A DNA stretch of 61,046 nucleotides, counting the filler. It is 3 parts of 3 records of this genome, joined end to end, with 100 filler letters (N's around TTAATTAATTAA, not from the genome) between each part and the next. Parts side by side here need not be neighbours in the genome. Positions count along the whole stretch, not along the records: positions 31,729 to 50,073 come from DRR723986_9345; positions 50,174 to 61,046 come from DRR723986_9360; 1 more part is not named here. One strand, given 5' to 3'. The position numbers were made by a program, and so were the translations under genes. The notes beneath the pieces were generated by a model. That model saw only the letters and a program-made list of their open reading frames with translations. It had not been told where the DNA came from and did no database searches. Within the stretch, counting starts at the first letter, position 1; every line of letters starts with the position of its first letter. This document shows positions 40,154 to 51,015 of this stretch, piece after piece.

Positions 40154-40551
40154 GCCTTGACCTGAATACTCTCTAAATAAGCCAACAAAGCAGCCAGTGT
40201 ACGTGGCGTCGGCGTCATCACGCCATCCACCTCAACAGGAACCTGTTCACCGCTCAGAAGCGCGCCAAATTCGGGCATCGTCCTACCCCCACCGCTGCCG
40301 TGTTGATACCCATCAATCTTGCTCAGCACTGTGGCGCGCGGGAAAACCCCGTCATTGCGCAGGGCGATTTCCGACAGGTTCGGCGCATGCTGCCCGCCGC
40401 TCAGCGTGCCACCTTCGCCGCGATAGCTGTGACATGCGGCGCAGTTTTCAACGAACAGGGCCTCGCCTTCTTTAGCGTCCGGCATGCTCAGTTGCGAAGC
40501 GCAGGCCGCGAGGGTTGCAAGAGCAGAAAAGCCAAGAAAAATCCGGGTCAT
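40150..40551 (-). CDS. Monoheme c-type cytochrome lipoprotein
   Basis: Lipobox LAAC, CAACH, IDG...MPEFG, LLAYLESIQ. Confidence 0.85.
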   Translation of the reverse strand: MTRIFLGFSALATLAACASQLSMPDAKEGEALFVENCAACHSYRGEGGTLSGGQHAPNLSEIALRNDGVFPRATVLSKIDGYQHGSGGGRTMPEFGALLSGEQVPVEVDGVMTPTPRTLAALLAYLESIQVKA

Positions 40552-40713
40552 AACAAATTCCTATTTTCAAGTACGTGCGCGGCCCAGCAGCGTCGCCAAC
40601 AATCGAAATGACACCGCGTCGCATATGAACACTCAGGCTTGTACATCTGGGCCGAGAACGCAATGATCCAGATCATTGGCCAGAGAGCAGAGCAAAGGCA
40701 AGGGATGAATAAG

Positions 40714-41151
40714 ATGACCGAATACGCAGTGATCATGCTGGTTGCCGGGATCGGCATTCCCGTTCTTGCCGCATTGAACGCCGCATTGGGCAAGCTGATC
40801 GGGTCCCCGTTTGCTGCGGGTGTGGTGCTTTTTTCCGTGGCTTTGACCACAGCCATAGGCGTCATGTTTCTGGTATCTGACACGCAAGCCCTAGCCAAGG
40901 TGGCGAGCGCCCCCAAGCATCTGTTTTTTGCCGGGGCTCTGGTCGCGTTCTACGTTTTGTCCATCACCTATGTCGCGCCCCATTTCGGCATCGGAAACGC
41001 AGTGTTTTTTGTTCTGATCGGCCAGCTGATTTCGGCAGCGATCATTGATCACTTCGGGCTCTTTGGCGCGCAGGTCACCCCCCTCACGCTGATGCGGGCG
41101 GGGGGTATCACGATCATGGCATTTGGTGTTTTCGTAACCCAACTGGCCTAA
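40714..41151 (+). CDS. DMT family transporter (YdcZ/DUF606-like)
   Basis: AGIGIPVLAALNAALG, GQLISAAIIDHFGLFG; start at 40705 or 40714. Confidence 0.85.
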   Translation: MTEYAVIMLVAGIGIPVLAALNAALGKLIGSPFAAGVVLFSVALTTAIGVMFLVSDTQALAKVASAPKHLFFAGALVAFYVLSITYVAPHFGIGNAVFFVLIGQLISAAIIDHFGLFGAQVTPLTLMRAGGITIMAFGVFVTQLA

Positions 41152-41157
41152 GCGGCT

Positions 41158-42132
41158 TCAGCGCATGGCTGACAACTGATCCCAAAGCGCGTCCGGAACC
41201 ACCACGGTTTCGGCCAATGTGCGTCCCTGACCTGGCATCCGCGCGCCTTCGTCCTGCGCAACGCTTTCGGCCAATGTCACCATGCGCGCTCCAAAATCGT
41301 CAGAGGCGCTAGGATCGATCAGCATATAGAACTGGCCCAGATCATGGGCCGGGCCTTCGGGGGCTTTCAACGGTTTCACATCACGAGAGAAAACAGACCC
41401 CGTCATCGCAGCCGCAAGAATTTCAGCCATCAGACCAAATCCCCAGCCCTTGTAGCCGCCCATAGATACCAGCGACCCACCGAGAGCCGCGGCTGGATCA
41501 GTGGTTGGGTTTCCATCCACGTCCAAAGCCCACCCTTCGGGGATGCTTTGCCCTGCGGCTTTAGCCATCGTGATCTTACCTAGGGCCACCGTCGTCGTGG
41601 ACTGGTCAAACTGCATCGCAACACCGCCCTGCCCGTCCGGCACCGAAAACGCGATCGGGTTGGTGCCGATCACGCGGGTTTTGCCGCCCGGTGGCGCAAC
41701 GATGGGCGATGCGTTGGTCATGCCAAGCGCGATCAAACCCGCACGCGCAATCTGCCCCGTAAAGAACCCAAGCGAGGTGCAGGTATGTGTGTGCCCAACG
41801 GCCAGCACCGCCGTGCCGTTTTCCCGCGCTGCGGCTAAGGCTTCGGGCAGCGCTTTGGCAAATGCAGCCTGCGCAAAGCCGAGCTTACCATCCACCCGAA
41901 CAAAGCCGGGACGCTCACGCGCAACCACAGGCTCAACCGTTCCGTTTACGCGCCCCGTCCGCAGTTGCTGGCAATAGCTTTCAAGATAGTAGAGACCGCA
42001 GATCTTGTTTCCGGTTGCTTCCGCTTCGACCACCGCTCGGGTCACTTCGGTCGCAATCCATTCATCCGCACCATGCGCCGTCAGAGCCCGCTGCGTCAGC
42101 GCGCCGATTTCAGCCAGTGTTACCTCAACCAT
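41158..42132 (-). CDS. Ldh_2 (malate/L-lactate/L-sulfolactate dehydrogenase type 2) family oxidoreductase
   Basis: [41 protein letters not shown], overlaps the lolD stop. Confidence 0.88.
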   Translation of the reverse strand: MVEVTLAEIGALTQRALTAHGADEWIATEVTRAVVEAEATGNKICGLYYLESYCQQLRTGRVNGTVEPVVARERPGFVRVDGKLGFAQAAFAKALPEALAAARENGTAVLAVGHTHTCTSLGFFTGQIARAGLIALGMTNASPIVAPPGGKTRVIGTNPIAFSVPDGQGGVAMQFDQSTTTVALGKITMAKAAGQSIPEGWALDVDGNPTTDPAAALGGSLVSMGGYKGWGFGLMAEILAAAMTGSVFSRDVKPLKAPEGPAHDLGQFYMLIDPSASDDFGARMVTLAESVAQDEGARMPGQGRTLAETVVVPDALWDQLSAMR

Positions 42133-42832
42133 CTGTTGTCTCCTCTTCAGACGCTGCAACAAGTGCGCCCGCTTCCAGCCGTACAACACGGTCCATCCGT
42201 GCTGCCAGCTCCATGTTATGTGTTGCGATCAGGGCCGAGAGCCCTGTGCCTGACACCAAATCCATCAGCGCCCCGAACACTTGGTCCGAGGTTCCAGGAT
42301 CCAGATTGCCTGTCGGTTCATCGGCCAACAATAGCCGAGGTTCATTTGCCATGGCGCGACAGAATGCGACACGTTGCTGCTCTCCTCCGGATAAAGCAGC
42401 AGGGCGATGATGGGCGCGATCCGCCACGCCGACCTTGCCAAGCAGATCCATAGCCCGTGTCACAGCCGCCATTTCGGAAACACCGTTCGCCAATTGGGGC
42501 AGTGTAATGTTTTCCAAAGCCGAGAATTCGGGCAACAAATGATGGAACTGATAGATAAATCCCACATCGTTGCGCCGCACATTCGTGCGTGTCCGGTCGC
42601 TTTTGCCGGTCATATCCTGACCAAGCATCTGAACCGCACCTGCGTCTGGCGTATCAAGCAGACCCGCGATATGCAAAAGGGTGGATTTCCCGGCGCCCGA
42701 CGGCGCGACCAACGCCACAACCTCCCCCGCGTTCACGGTCAGATCCACACCCTGCAACACCCGCACTTCGCCCGGTGTGCCCTGATTATAGGTCTTGGTA
42801 ATCCCGCTCAGGGTCAAGGTTGGCTCACTCAT
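42125..42832 (-). CDS. lolD: Lipoprotein-releasing ABC transporter ATP-binding protein LolD
   Basis: [44 protein letters not shown]. Confidence 0.93.
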   Translation of the reverse strand: MSEPTLTLSGITKTYNQGTPGEVRVLQGVDLTVNAGEVVALVAPSGAGKSTLLHIAGLLDTPDAGAVQMLGQDMTGKSDRTRTNVRRNDVGFIYQFHHLLPEFSALENITLPQLANGVSEMAAVTRAMDLLGKVGVADRAHHRPAALSGGEQQRVAFCRAMANEPRLLLADEPTGNLDPGTSDQVFGALMDLVSGTGLSALIATHNMELAARMDRVVRLEAGALVAASEEETTDG

Positions 42833-44111
42833 ACCGCAACGCCTCTACCGGGTTCAGGCGCGCCGCACGACGCGCAGGGAAATAGGTCACAAAGAAGGAC
42901 AAGCCAAGCGAAAGACCAACCGCTGACATCACATCCTCTAGGTGCAACTCGGCTGGCAAAGCGTAAATCCCACGGATGGACGGGTCCCAGACACCGCCGC
43001 CCATGACATAGTTCACAAACGAGAAAATCGGATCAATGTAGATCGCGAACAAACATCCCAGCACGACACCCATCGCCGTTCCGATGATCCCGGTGAATGC
43101 TCCGCAGATAAAGAACACCCGCAGAATTGACCCTTCGCTTAGGCCAATTGTCCTCAGGATACCGATATCGCGCCCTTTGTTTTTAACCAACATGATCAGC
43201 CCGGAAACGATATTCATCGCGGCAATCAAAACGAGAATCGACAGGATGATGAACATGACATTGTCTTCGACTTCGAGCGCACGCAAAAACCCACCCGAGG
43301 CATCCATCCATGTCCAGATCTGGGCCCGCTCACCCGCCGCCTGCAAAATCTTCAAGGTGACCGCGCTCAGCGCCTCGGGGTCCGTCACCATGACTTCCAA
43401 CTCATCCGCGACCCCTTCGCGGTTGAAATAGCTCTGCGCCTCGGCAAAGGGCATGTAAACACGCACGCGGTCGATATCATAGCGCCCGACGGAAAACACG
43501 TGCACGACCTCATAGGCATTTACCCGTGGGCTGGTGCCAAACGCCGTCTTTACCCCATTAGGCGATATCAGCTTGATCCGGTCACCGACGGTCACACCCA
43601 ATTCACGGGCGACCCCGGAACCGATCGAGACGCCCTCGCTGAACCGGGCCAGATTTCCATACGAGTCTTCGCTTTCCGCGATCCCCGGTAAAGAATTCAA
43701 ATCATCGGCAGAAATGCCGAACACCTGAACCCCTGCATTGCGATTGCGATGGGCGGCCATGACCTGCCCTTTGACCAGCGGGGCCACACGGGTCACACCC
43801 GGTACCTCCACCACGCGCGCGGCCATTTCATCAAAATCAGCTATCGTTCTATCGATACGCCCCGTTTCGCTGACCTGCCCCGAATTATAGACGGTCACAT
43901 GGGCGTTTGCGCCCAGAATGGTTCCAACAAATTCAGACCGGAACCCGGACCGCACCGCCAACGTGGCAATCAAGGCAAACACAGCCAGAGTGATCCCGAT
44001 CAAACTGATCCAGGTCATAACGCTTACACCGCCTTCGGCACGACGGGCCCGCAGATAACGCCACGCGATCTTCCACTCAAAAGGGGCAAATGGGGCTGGA
44101 GATTTGGCCAT
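42825..44111 (-). CDS. lolE: Lipoprotein-releasing ABC transporter permease LolC/E
   Basis: [56 protein letters not shown]. Confidence 0.92.
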   Translation of the reverse strand: MAKSPAPFAPFEWKIAWRYLRARRAEGGVSVMTWISLIGITLAVFALIATLAVRSGFRSEFVGTILGANAHVTVYNSGQVSETGRIDRTIADFDEMAARVVEVPGVTRVAPLVKGQVMAAHRNRNAGVQVFGISADDLNSLPGIAESEDSYGNLARFSEGVSIGSGVARELGVTVGDRIKLISPNGVKTAFGTSPRVNAYEVVHVFSVGRYDIDRVRVYMPFAEAQSYFNREGVADELEVMVTDPEALSAVTLKILQAAGERAQIWTWMDASGGFLRALEVEDNVMFIILSILVLIAAMNIVSGLIMLVKNKGRDIGILRTIGLSEGSILRVFFICGAFTGIIGTAMGVVLGCLFAIYIDPIFSFVNYVMGGGVWDPSIRGIYALPAELHLEDVMSAVGLSLGLSFFVTYFPARRAARLNPVEALRYE

Positions 44112-44446
44112 TTCGGCTCCTGCTCTTATTTGGCGCGGAGAGTGGGGTTATCGGGCACTGGGGTCAAGCCCATGCCACCGACCGAACATGCGGATCGGCA
44201 AGCCTGCGCCATGTAAATTCACCTCAACTCGGTTTGGAACAACCACTCCTTGCTGGATCCAGTTATCCCTTCGAGTCCTCCGTTTGTTGAGGCTTTCGAA
44301 ACAATAAGGCAAAGCGGCACCACATTGGCAGCAAATCGCCGCAATAATTAACCAAAGTTAACAAAAATTCATGACAAATTTTGAATCAAGCTGATCAAAC
44401 TGACAGCATAGAGCCACTGGGGGACATCTGTGAAAGGGGTGTTCAA

Positions 44447-44821
44447 ATGGAACTGACACATCATACCACACCAACAGGTCATCAGACCCGCTTTAAAGAG
44501 CACGCATCGCACGGCCCTGCACAATTTGACTGCGAAACTGCAATTCTGCTGCGGGCCATCTTTCTACCGATATTTGAACGCGCCACGGGTTGGTCAGGGC
44601 TGATCGACACTTTGCAAAGCAAAGGCTATCACCTTGCGTTTCGCAGTGGCCTTCTATGTCTCACGGATCAATCAAGTGGAACCCGGATATGTGGGCTGCG
44701 GTTCTTAGGTCTGCGCATGCAGGACCTCGTCGCCCGATTGGGTCGACCTTATGTTCTGGCGTATGCGGGACAATCCGCAGATGGCGAAGTGTTGCGCCAT
44801 CCGCCACATCGTATCGTTTAG
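44447..44821 (+). CDS. Hypothetical protein
   Basis: Sole plausible ORF in the proS-lolE gap, GGGGG SD-like run before ATG 44447 (alternative TTG 44381); no family recognised. Confidence 0.6.
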   Translation: MELTHHTTPTGHQTRFKEHASHGPAQFDCETAILLRAIFLPIFERATGWSGLIDTLQSKGYHLAFRSGLLCLTDQSSGTRICGLRFLGLRMQDLVARLGRPYVLAYAGQSADGEVLRHPPHRIV

Positions 44822-44830
44822 TCTAAAACA

Positions 44831-44858
44831 CTTTGGCCGACCGATAGGCCAGCCAAAG
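44831..44858 (-). terminator. Hairpin terminator downstream of proS
   Basis: Minus strand CTTTGGCTGGCC-tatc-GGTCGGCCAAAG (12 bp incl. G-U) then TGTTTT. Confidence 0.6.
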
Positions 44859-44878
44859 CTTAGTTCTTCGTGGTTCGA

Positions 44879-46231
44879 TCAGAGACCAACAACACGGTGC
44901 GGCGCATAGATTTCCGCGACCTTCTTAACCGCATCCTCGGGAGTCATTTCAACGCTTTCGCCAGTGCGGCGGCTGGTCAATTCAACAACACCGTTTTTCA
45001 AGCCACGCGGACCAACGGTGATGCGCCAGGGCAAACCAATCAGATCCATGGTCGCGAATTTGCCACCTGCGCGCTCTTTGCGATCATCATACAGCGGTTC
45101 AAGACCGATCGCCGTCAATGCGGCTTCCAACTGTTCACAGGCCGCGTCTGCCGCTTCGTCACCCTGTTTCAGGTTCACGATGCCGCAATGAAACGGCGTG
45201 ACCCCTTCGGGCCAGATGATGCCGTTGTCGTCATGGCTGGCCTCAATGATTGCGCCCAGCAGACGGCTGACGCCAATGCCGTGCGATCCCATGTGAACCG
45301 GGACTTTGCCACCATCAGCCGTTTGAACCGTTGCGCCCATCGCTTCGGAATACTTGGTACCGAAGTAAAAGATTTGACCAACTTCGATCCCGCGTGCCAC
45401 GCGACGACGCTCTTCTGGGACCTCATTAAACAAAGCTTCGTCGTGGGTTTCATCTGTGCGGGCATAGCGCGAGGTGAACTCTTCCAGCACTGACTGACAC
45501 TGTTCAACGCTATCGTAGTCAATTTCGCGGTCGCCAAACTTCAGATCAGTCACTTGGCTGTCATAAAACACCTCGGACTCGCCCGTATCGGCCAGCACCA
45601 GGAATTCGTGGGTGTCATCGCCGCCAATCGGGCCAGAGTCAGCCCGCATCGGAATGGCTTGCAAACCCATACGCTCGTACGTGCGCAGATAGCTGACCAA
45701 GTGGCGGTTGTAGGCGTGCAACGCGTCCTCTTTGGTCAGGTCAAAGTTATAGCCGTCTTTCATATAGAATTCACGGCCCCGCATCACGCCAAAACGCGGG
45801 CGGATTTCGTCGCGGAATTTCCACTGGATCTGATACATGGTCAGGGGCAGATCTTTATAGCTGCTGACATGACCCCGGAAAATATCCGTAATCAACTCTT
45901 CGGCTGTGGGTGTAAACAGCATGTCGCGACCATGACGGTCTTTGACGCGCAGCATCTCTTCGCCATAGTCATCATAACGGCCGCTTTCGCGCCACAGGTC
46001 AGCAGACTGCATGGTGGGCATCTGCATCGGAATGTGTCCCGCGCGGATTTGTTCCTCGTGAACGATGTTCTCAATCTTACGCAGGACTTTGAAACCCATG
46101 GGCAACCATGAATAGATCCCAGCAGCGGACTGCTTGATCATACCCGCCCGCAACATCAGGCGGTGGCTGACAATCTGTGCCTCACTAGGGGTTTCCTTGA
46201 GCACAGGCAGAAAATAACGGGACAGGCGCAT
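44879..46231 (-). CDS. proS: Proline--tRNA ligase (short form without editing insertion)
   Basis: [51 protein letters not shown]. Confidence 0.97.
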   Translation of the reverse strand: MRLSRYFLPVLKETPSEAQIVSHRLMLRAGMIKQSAAGIYSWLPMGFKVLRKIENIVHEEQIRAGHIPMQMPTMQSADLWRESGRYDDYGEEMLRVKDRHGRDMLFTPTAEELITDIFRGHVSSYKDLPLTMYQIQWKFRDEIRPRFGVMRGREFYMKDGYNFDLTKEDALHAYNRHLVSYLRTYERMGLQAIPMRADSGPIGGDDTHEFLVLADTGESEVFYDSQVTDLKFGDREIDYDSVEQCQSVLEEFTSRYARTDETHDEALFNEVPEERRRVARGIEVGQIFYFGTKYSEAMGATVQTADGGKVPVHMGSHGIGVSRLLGAIIEASHDDNGIIWPEGVTPFHCGIVNLKQGDEAADAACEQLEAALTAIGLEPLYDDRKERAGGKFATMDLIGLPWRITVGPRGLKNGVVELTSRRTGESVEMTPEDAVKKVAEIYAPHRVVGL

Positions 46232-46394
46232 GGGCGGTCTCTTTCGTCATAAAGCGTTTTGGGCGGTCTATGCCATCCGGGGGCATCAGGCAATCTGCCA
46301 TTCAGCCTTTCGCGACTCAACCCTGTCGGATTCTGGATTGACCGGGTCAAACTGGCCGGAAACTGTAGACGTCAGCCCGAAAAGGACACGACCA

Positions 46395-47369
46395 ATGCAA
46401 ACGATCCCGACCATCGACATCGCGCCTCTCAGCGAACCAAACCACCCGGATCGCGCAGAGGTGGTTCAACAAATCCTCGCCGCTTGTACCGATATTGGAT
46501 TTTTGTCGATCACGGGAACGGGCATCCCCCAACATCAGGTAGAGGAGGTGCGGGCCTGTGTCCGCGAGATCTTTGCTATTCCTGAATCCCGCAAATGGGA
46601 TCAGGCCATAACGCGGAACAACTATCGGGGATACATCCCATTTGGGTTCTTTAGTCCCAATGACGGATCCGGCACCGCCGACAAATACGAAGGCTACAAG
46701 CTACATCACGAGGTCGCCTCGGATGACCCAGTGATCCATGATTGTGCTCTATATGGTCCAAACCTTTGGCCGATTGAGCACCCCGAAGCACGAGACATAA
46801 TGCTTGGCTACTGGGCGCAACTCGATCTGGTCGCGCATGACCTGTTGGGTGCACTGGCCGAAGGGCTGGATCTGTCGCCCGTCGAGTTGCAAGCCCCGTT
46901 TGACACGCCTCTGACAAACATGACCTTGTTGCATTACCCGCCCCAAGGCGACGACGAAGACGGCTATGGCATTCATCCCCACAAAGACACCGACGCCCTG
47001 ACAATCATCGCCCCTGATCCGGTTGGCGGGTTAGAGGTGCAAACCCGCGACGGGGGCTGGATCACCCCAGATTGTCCACCCGGCGGATTTGTCGTCAATA
47101 TCGGGGATATGCTTGAGCTCTGGTCTGGGGGGCGCTTGGTATCGACCCCGCACCGCGTGGTGAACACATCAGGCAAGGAACGATACTCCTTTCCCTATTT
47201 TGCAGTTCCCCGCCACGACACGGTGGTGGCCCCGCTGTTACCCCCTCAACCGGGGTTTGCCCGCCCCTCGGTTCACTGTGGCCATTGGTCTGCTGAGGTC
47301 TGGCGCACCAACTGGCCAGACGAAGACGCAACAGACGATACTCCGGAACTGGGGACCTTGCAGAGCTAA
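46395..47369 (+). CDS. Isopenicillin N synthase-family 2OG-Fe(II) oxygenase
   Basis: IPTIDI, ACTDIGF, LLHYPP, HKDTD, NIGDMLE, STPHRV, RYS; ATG 46395 after AAAGGA. Confidence 0.9.
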   Translation: MQTIPTIDIAPLSEPNHPDRAEVVQQILAACTDIGFLSITGTGIPQHQVEEVRACVREIFAIPESRKWDQAITRNNYRGYIPFGFFSPNDGSGTADKYEGYKLHHEVASDDPVIHDCALYGPNLWPIEHPEARDIMLGYWAQLDLVAHDLLGALAEGLDLSPVELQAPFDTPLTNMTLLHYPPQGDDEDGYGIHPHKDTDALTIIAPDPVGGLEVQTRDGGWITPDCPPGGFVVNIGDMLELWSGGRLVSTPHRVVNTSGKERYSFPYFAVPRHDTVVAPLLPPQPGFARPSVHCGHWSAEVWRTNWPDEDATDDTPELGTLQS

Positions 47370-47461
47370 GCCACAAAGGGAGAAAATGAAAACTTCATGA
47401 CAAATGCCCCGTTTTCGGGCTTAATTGTATATGAAAGTCACATCTAAATCCTTGGAGCGAG

Positions 47462-49345
47462 ATGGAGCACATAGCCTTTACCTATGAAATGGCCGTGGTC
47501 ACGGGGTTGCTGTGTTTTACGGTCTTCTTGTTTGTTTCCGAACTGATCCGTATCGATCTCAGCGCCATGTTGGTTCTCGTGCTTATTGGTTTGCTCAGTT
47601 ACCTTCCCGGGTTGGGCGCGCTCGCTGACGTTAATCACCTGTTCGATGGCTTCGCCTCAAATGCCGTGATCTCGATCATTGCGGTTATGATCGTTGGGGC
47701 CGGGCTAGATAAAACTGGCCTGATGAACAAGGTGGCGGCGGTCATCCTTAAATATGGCGGGACAACCGAAAGCCGGATCGTGCCGATCATTTCAGGCACG
47801 GTCGGAATAATCTCCAGCTTTATGCAGAACGTTGGGGCTGCGGCCCTATTTTTGCCAGTCGTCAGCAGGATTTCATCCCGGTCAGGCATTGCTTTGTCAC
47901 GACTGCTGATGCCCATGGGGTTCTGTGCCATTCTAGGGGGCACGCTGACAATGGTAGGGTCTTCGCCTCTCATCCTGCTGAACGACTTGCTGGCAACTGC
48001 GAACGAAGGTCTGCCTGCGGATCAACAGATGGCTCCGTTTGGGTTGTTTTCCGTCGCCCCGATTGGCGCGGTTCTGATCCTGACAGGTGTTTTGTATTTT
48101 CTTGTGCTGGGCCGTTGGGTCCTGCCCGCCGCCGAACCCCGCACCGAAGGAACCACAGCCCAAAGTACGCGATCCTACCTAAAGCGCGTGTATGGTCTTA
48201 AGGCCGAAGTTTTTGAAGTTGATGTCCCCGAGGACAGCCCACTGGTCGGCAAAATTCTGGCGGATATCAATCTAGAGAATAACCTATATATCATCTCAAC
48301 GTTTTACCGCGGCAAAGTGTCGATGGTGCAAATCTTGACCGCTGAAATCGCCGCACCATGTCGGTTGGCTATCATCGGTAAAAGCAAGGTTGTTTCCCGG
48401 TTTGCCCAAGAATACGGGCTGACCATTCGCGCCGAACTAGATGCCTTTGCCGAAGAATTCGCCCCCACCAATGCGGGTATCGCCGAGCTGGTCATCCCCC
48501 CAGAAAGCCAATTAATCGGCAAGTGCCCACGCGAGCTGGTTCTCAGAAAAACATATGGGCTAAGTCTGCTGGCCATTCACCGCGGCGAAGACACGCTGAG
48601 CCACGTTGAGACCGAAGACCACACACCAACAGCCATTGGCCTGGTCAACTTCCAACCCGGGGACATGTTGGTTTCTCACACGAAATGGGACAACCTGACC
48701 CGGCTCAAACGCGACCCGGATTTTGTTGTCGTGACCTCTGATTTCCCGCAAGAGGAATTGCGCCCGCAAAAAGTGGGTTGGGCCCTGCTGTTCTTTGCAA
48801 TCTCTCTTAGCCTTATCCTGTTTTCGGACATCCGTCTGTCCTTGTGCCTGATGGTCGGCGCGGTCGGTATGTTGCTGACACGTGTGCTTAGAGTTGACGA
48901 AGCTTATCGCGCGGTTGGCTGGAATACCGTCTTCCTGTTGGCCAGCCTTATCCCCCTTGGGCAAGCTGTACAGAATACCGGCACTGCGGCTTGGATCGCA
49001 CAACAGATTTTGGTGGTTCTTGACGGTTGGCCGATCTGGTCTTTGCAGGCTGGCATCGCAATCCTTGCAACCGTGTTTTCATTGGTCATGTCAAACGTTG
49101 GCGCAACGGTTCTTTTGGTTCCTTTGGCGGTCTCTATTGCCAGCGCAGCGGGGGCAAATCCCGCGGTTTTTGCACTGACGGTGGCCATCTCGACTTCGAA
49201 CAGTTTTATCATTCCAACCCATCAGGTGAATGCCCTGATCATGGGACCGGCTGGATACAAGGTAATGGATTTCGTCCGTTCCGGCGGAATTATGACCATA
49301 CTGTTCCTCATCGTCTCACTTACCATGCTTAACGTGGTGTTCTGA
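47462..49345 (+). CDS. SLC13/DASS family permease with TrkA-C (RCK_C) domains
   Basis: GFASNAVI, SSFMQNVGA, LGGTLTMVGSSP, central TrkA-C repeats, MSNVGA, PTHQVNALIMGPAGY. Confidence 0.88.
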   Translation: MEHIAFTYEMAVVTGLLCFTVFLFVSELIRIDLSAMLVLVLIGLLSYLPGLGALADVNHLFDGFASNAVISIIAVMIVGAGLDKTGLMNKVAAVILKYGGTTESRIVPIISGTVGIISSFMQNVGAAALFLPVVSRISSRSGIALSRLLMPMGFCAILGGTLTMVGSSPLILLNDLLATANEGLPADQQMAPFGLFSVAPIGAVLILTGVLYFLVLGRWVLPAAEPRTEGTTAQSTRSYLKRVYGLKAEVFEVDVPEDSPLVGKILADINLENNLYIISTFYRGKVSMVQILTAEIAAPCRLAIIGKSKVVSRFAQEYGLTIRAELDAFAEEFAPTNAGIAELVIPPESQLIGKCPRELVLRKTYGLSLLAIHRGEDTLSHVETEDHTPTAIGLVNFQPGDMLVSHTKWDNLTRLKRDPDFVVVTSDFPQEELRPQKVGWALLFFAISLSLILFSDIRLSLCLMVGAVGMLLTRVLRVDEAYRAVGWNTVFLLASLIPLGQAVQNTGTAAWIAQQILVVLDGWPIWSLQAGIAILATVFSLVMSNVGATVLLVPLAVSIASAAGANPAVFALTVAISTSNSFIIPTHQVNALIMGPAGYKVMDFVRSGGIMTILFLIVSLTMLNVVF

Positions 49346-49415
49346 ACCAGCTGCACTTGCATGCGACCGACCCTTGAGCGATGAAGGGGCAAACGTCCTC
49401 GCATGTGGAGCACCC

Positions 49416-50073
49416 ATGGCCCTCTCGGCAAAAGATCAGGTTAGATACTGGGGCGTTGTCGCCGCTGTGTTTGTTCTCGTCCTTTGGTTTTTGGGGGACG
49501 TCTTGTTGCCCTTTGTCATTGGCGGGGCGATTGCTTATTTCATAGATCCGGTCGCGGATAGGCTTGAGCGATGGGGCCTGTCCCGTATGGCTGCAACAGC
49601 GGTCATTACGGTGGTCTCGGTGTTGATCTTTGTCATCCTGATGTTGATGGTCGTTCCGGCCTTGATCGCACAGTTGATCGATCTGATTGATGTGTTGCCG
49701 CAACTGTTCCGTGACCTGCGCACCTTTGTGGATCAAAAATTCCCATCACTGCTAGACCGCGAATCAAACACCCATCAGATTTTGGTCACGTTGGGGGAAA
49801 CGCTAAAATCCAAAACAGGTGAGTTGCTGCAAACCTTGGTGGGGTCCGTTGGGTCTGCCATCAACATCGTGGTGTTGCTGGTCATCGTTCCGGTTGTGGC
49901 TGTTTATCTGCTGCTGGATTGGGACAATATGATCGAACGGATTGATTTCCTTGTGCCACGCGACCACTCGCCCGTCATTCGTCAATTGGCGACTGATGTG
50001 GATGCTGTGTTGGCCTCGTTTGTGCGTGGTATGGGCACCGTTTGCCTGATCTTGGGCACCTATTATGCCGTGG
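49416..50073 (+). CDS. AI-2E (PerM) family transporter, 3'-truncated
   Basis: LLPFVIGGAIAYFIDPVADRLE, PVVAVYLLLDW; runs into the N spacer. Confidence 0.88.
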
Positions 50074-50173
50074 NNNNNNNNNNNNNNNNNNNNNNNNNNN
50101 NNNNNNNNNNNNNNNNNTTAATTAATTAANNNNNNNNNNNNNNNNNNNNNNNNNNNNNNNNNNNNNNNNNNNN
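50074..50173. other. Artificial contig-joining spacer
   Basis: 44 N + TTAATTAATTAA + 44 N, identical to the first spacer. Confidence 0.98.
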
Positions 50174-50731
50174 CGGACGCACGATGCCCATGGACCAGCT
50201 TTCCAGGGTCATGACCTGGAACAGCGTGTAGAGCGATGCGCCGAGATTGCCGAACCATTCCGGAAAGGCTTCGCCATAGAGCTTGGTCGCCATGACGGCG
50301 AAGACATAAAAGACCAGCGCCATCAGAACGACGATGGAGCCCATGCCCGGCAGGGCGGCCACCAGCCCACCGATAACACGGCGCAGGGACGGCACGACGG
50401 AAATGAGGCGCAGAGCCCTCAAAATTCGCAGCGACCGCAGAACGGACAGGTTGCCTGTTGCCGGCATCAGCGAGATTGCAACGATACTGAAGTCGAAGAG
50501 GCTCCAGGGGTCCTTGAAGAACTTCAGGCCATGGGCATAGAGCCGCAGAGCCAGTTCAACGACGAAAATGCCCAGGATCACCTGATCGACCAGCCTGAGG
50601 AAACTGCCAACCTCTGCCATGACAGCAGAACTGGTCTCCAGACCGAGCGTCACCGCATTCAAAACGATAACGCCAATGATGCAGACTTCCCAGTTGCGTG
50701 AGGTGACCAGCGCCCTGACCTGATTTCGCAT
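50174..50731 (-). CDS. Bacterial voltage-gated sodium channel (BacNaV), 3'-truncated
   Basis: S1 LNAVTLGLET, S3 DPWSLFDF, S4 RSLRILRALR, filter FQVMTLESWSMGIVRP; probable start ATG 50731. Confidence 0.92.
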
Positions 50732-50857
50732 ATATATGACCCGGTTTGATGTCTTTTCGTGCGTACCGCACTGCCCGGGCCGGAACATGGCGATTTCAGC
50801 GTCGCAGCGCAAGATCGCAGCGCTTTGGAAAAGCATCTACCCATCAGAGAAGCGTGC

Positions 50858-50886
50858 TTGACAGGTCGGGCAAGTCGGCGCAGAAA
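50858..50886 (+). promoter_or_regulatory. Probable sigma70 promoter of tRNA-Gly
   Basis: TTGACA-N17-CAGAAA, 14 nt upstream of the tRNA. Confidence 0.5.
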
Positions 50887-50900
50887 GCTCATCAGGTTCG

Positions 50901-50974
50901 GCGGGTGTAGCTCAATGGTAGAGCAGAAGCTTCCCAAGCTTAAGACGGGGGTTCGATTCCCCTCACCCGCTCCA
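50901..50974 (+). tRNA. tRNA-Gly(CCC)
   Basis: GCGGGTG/CACCCGC acceptor stem, D arm GCTC-AATGGTA-GAGC, anticodon loop TT-CCC-AA, GGTTCGATTCC T arm, encoded 3' TCCA. Confidence 0.97.
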
Positions 50975-51015
50975 AACAGCCAATCCAATTCCCGAATTTT
51001 TCAGTGACTTTTTTT

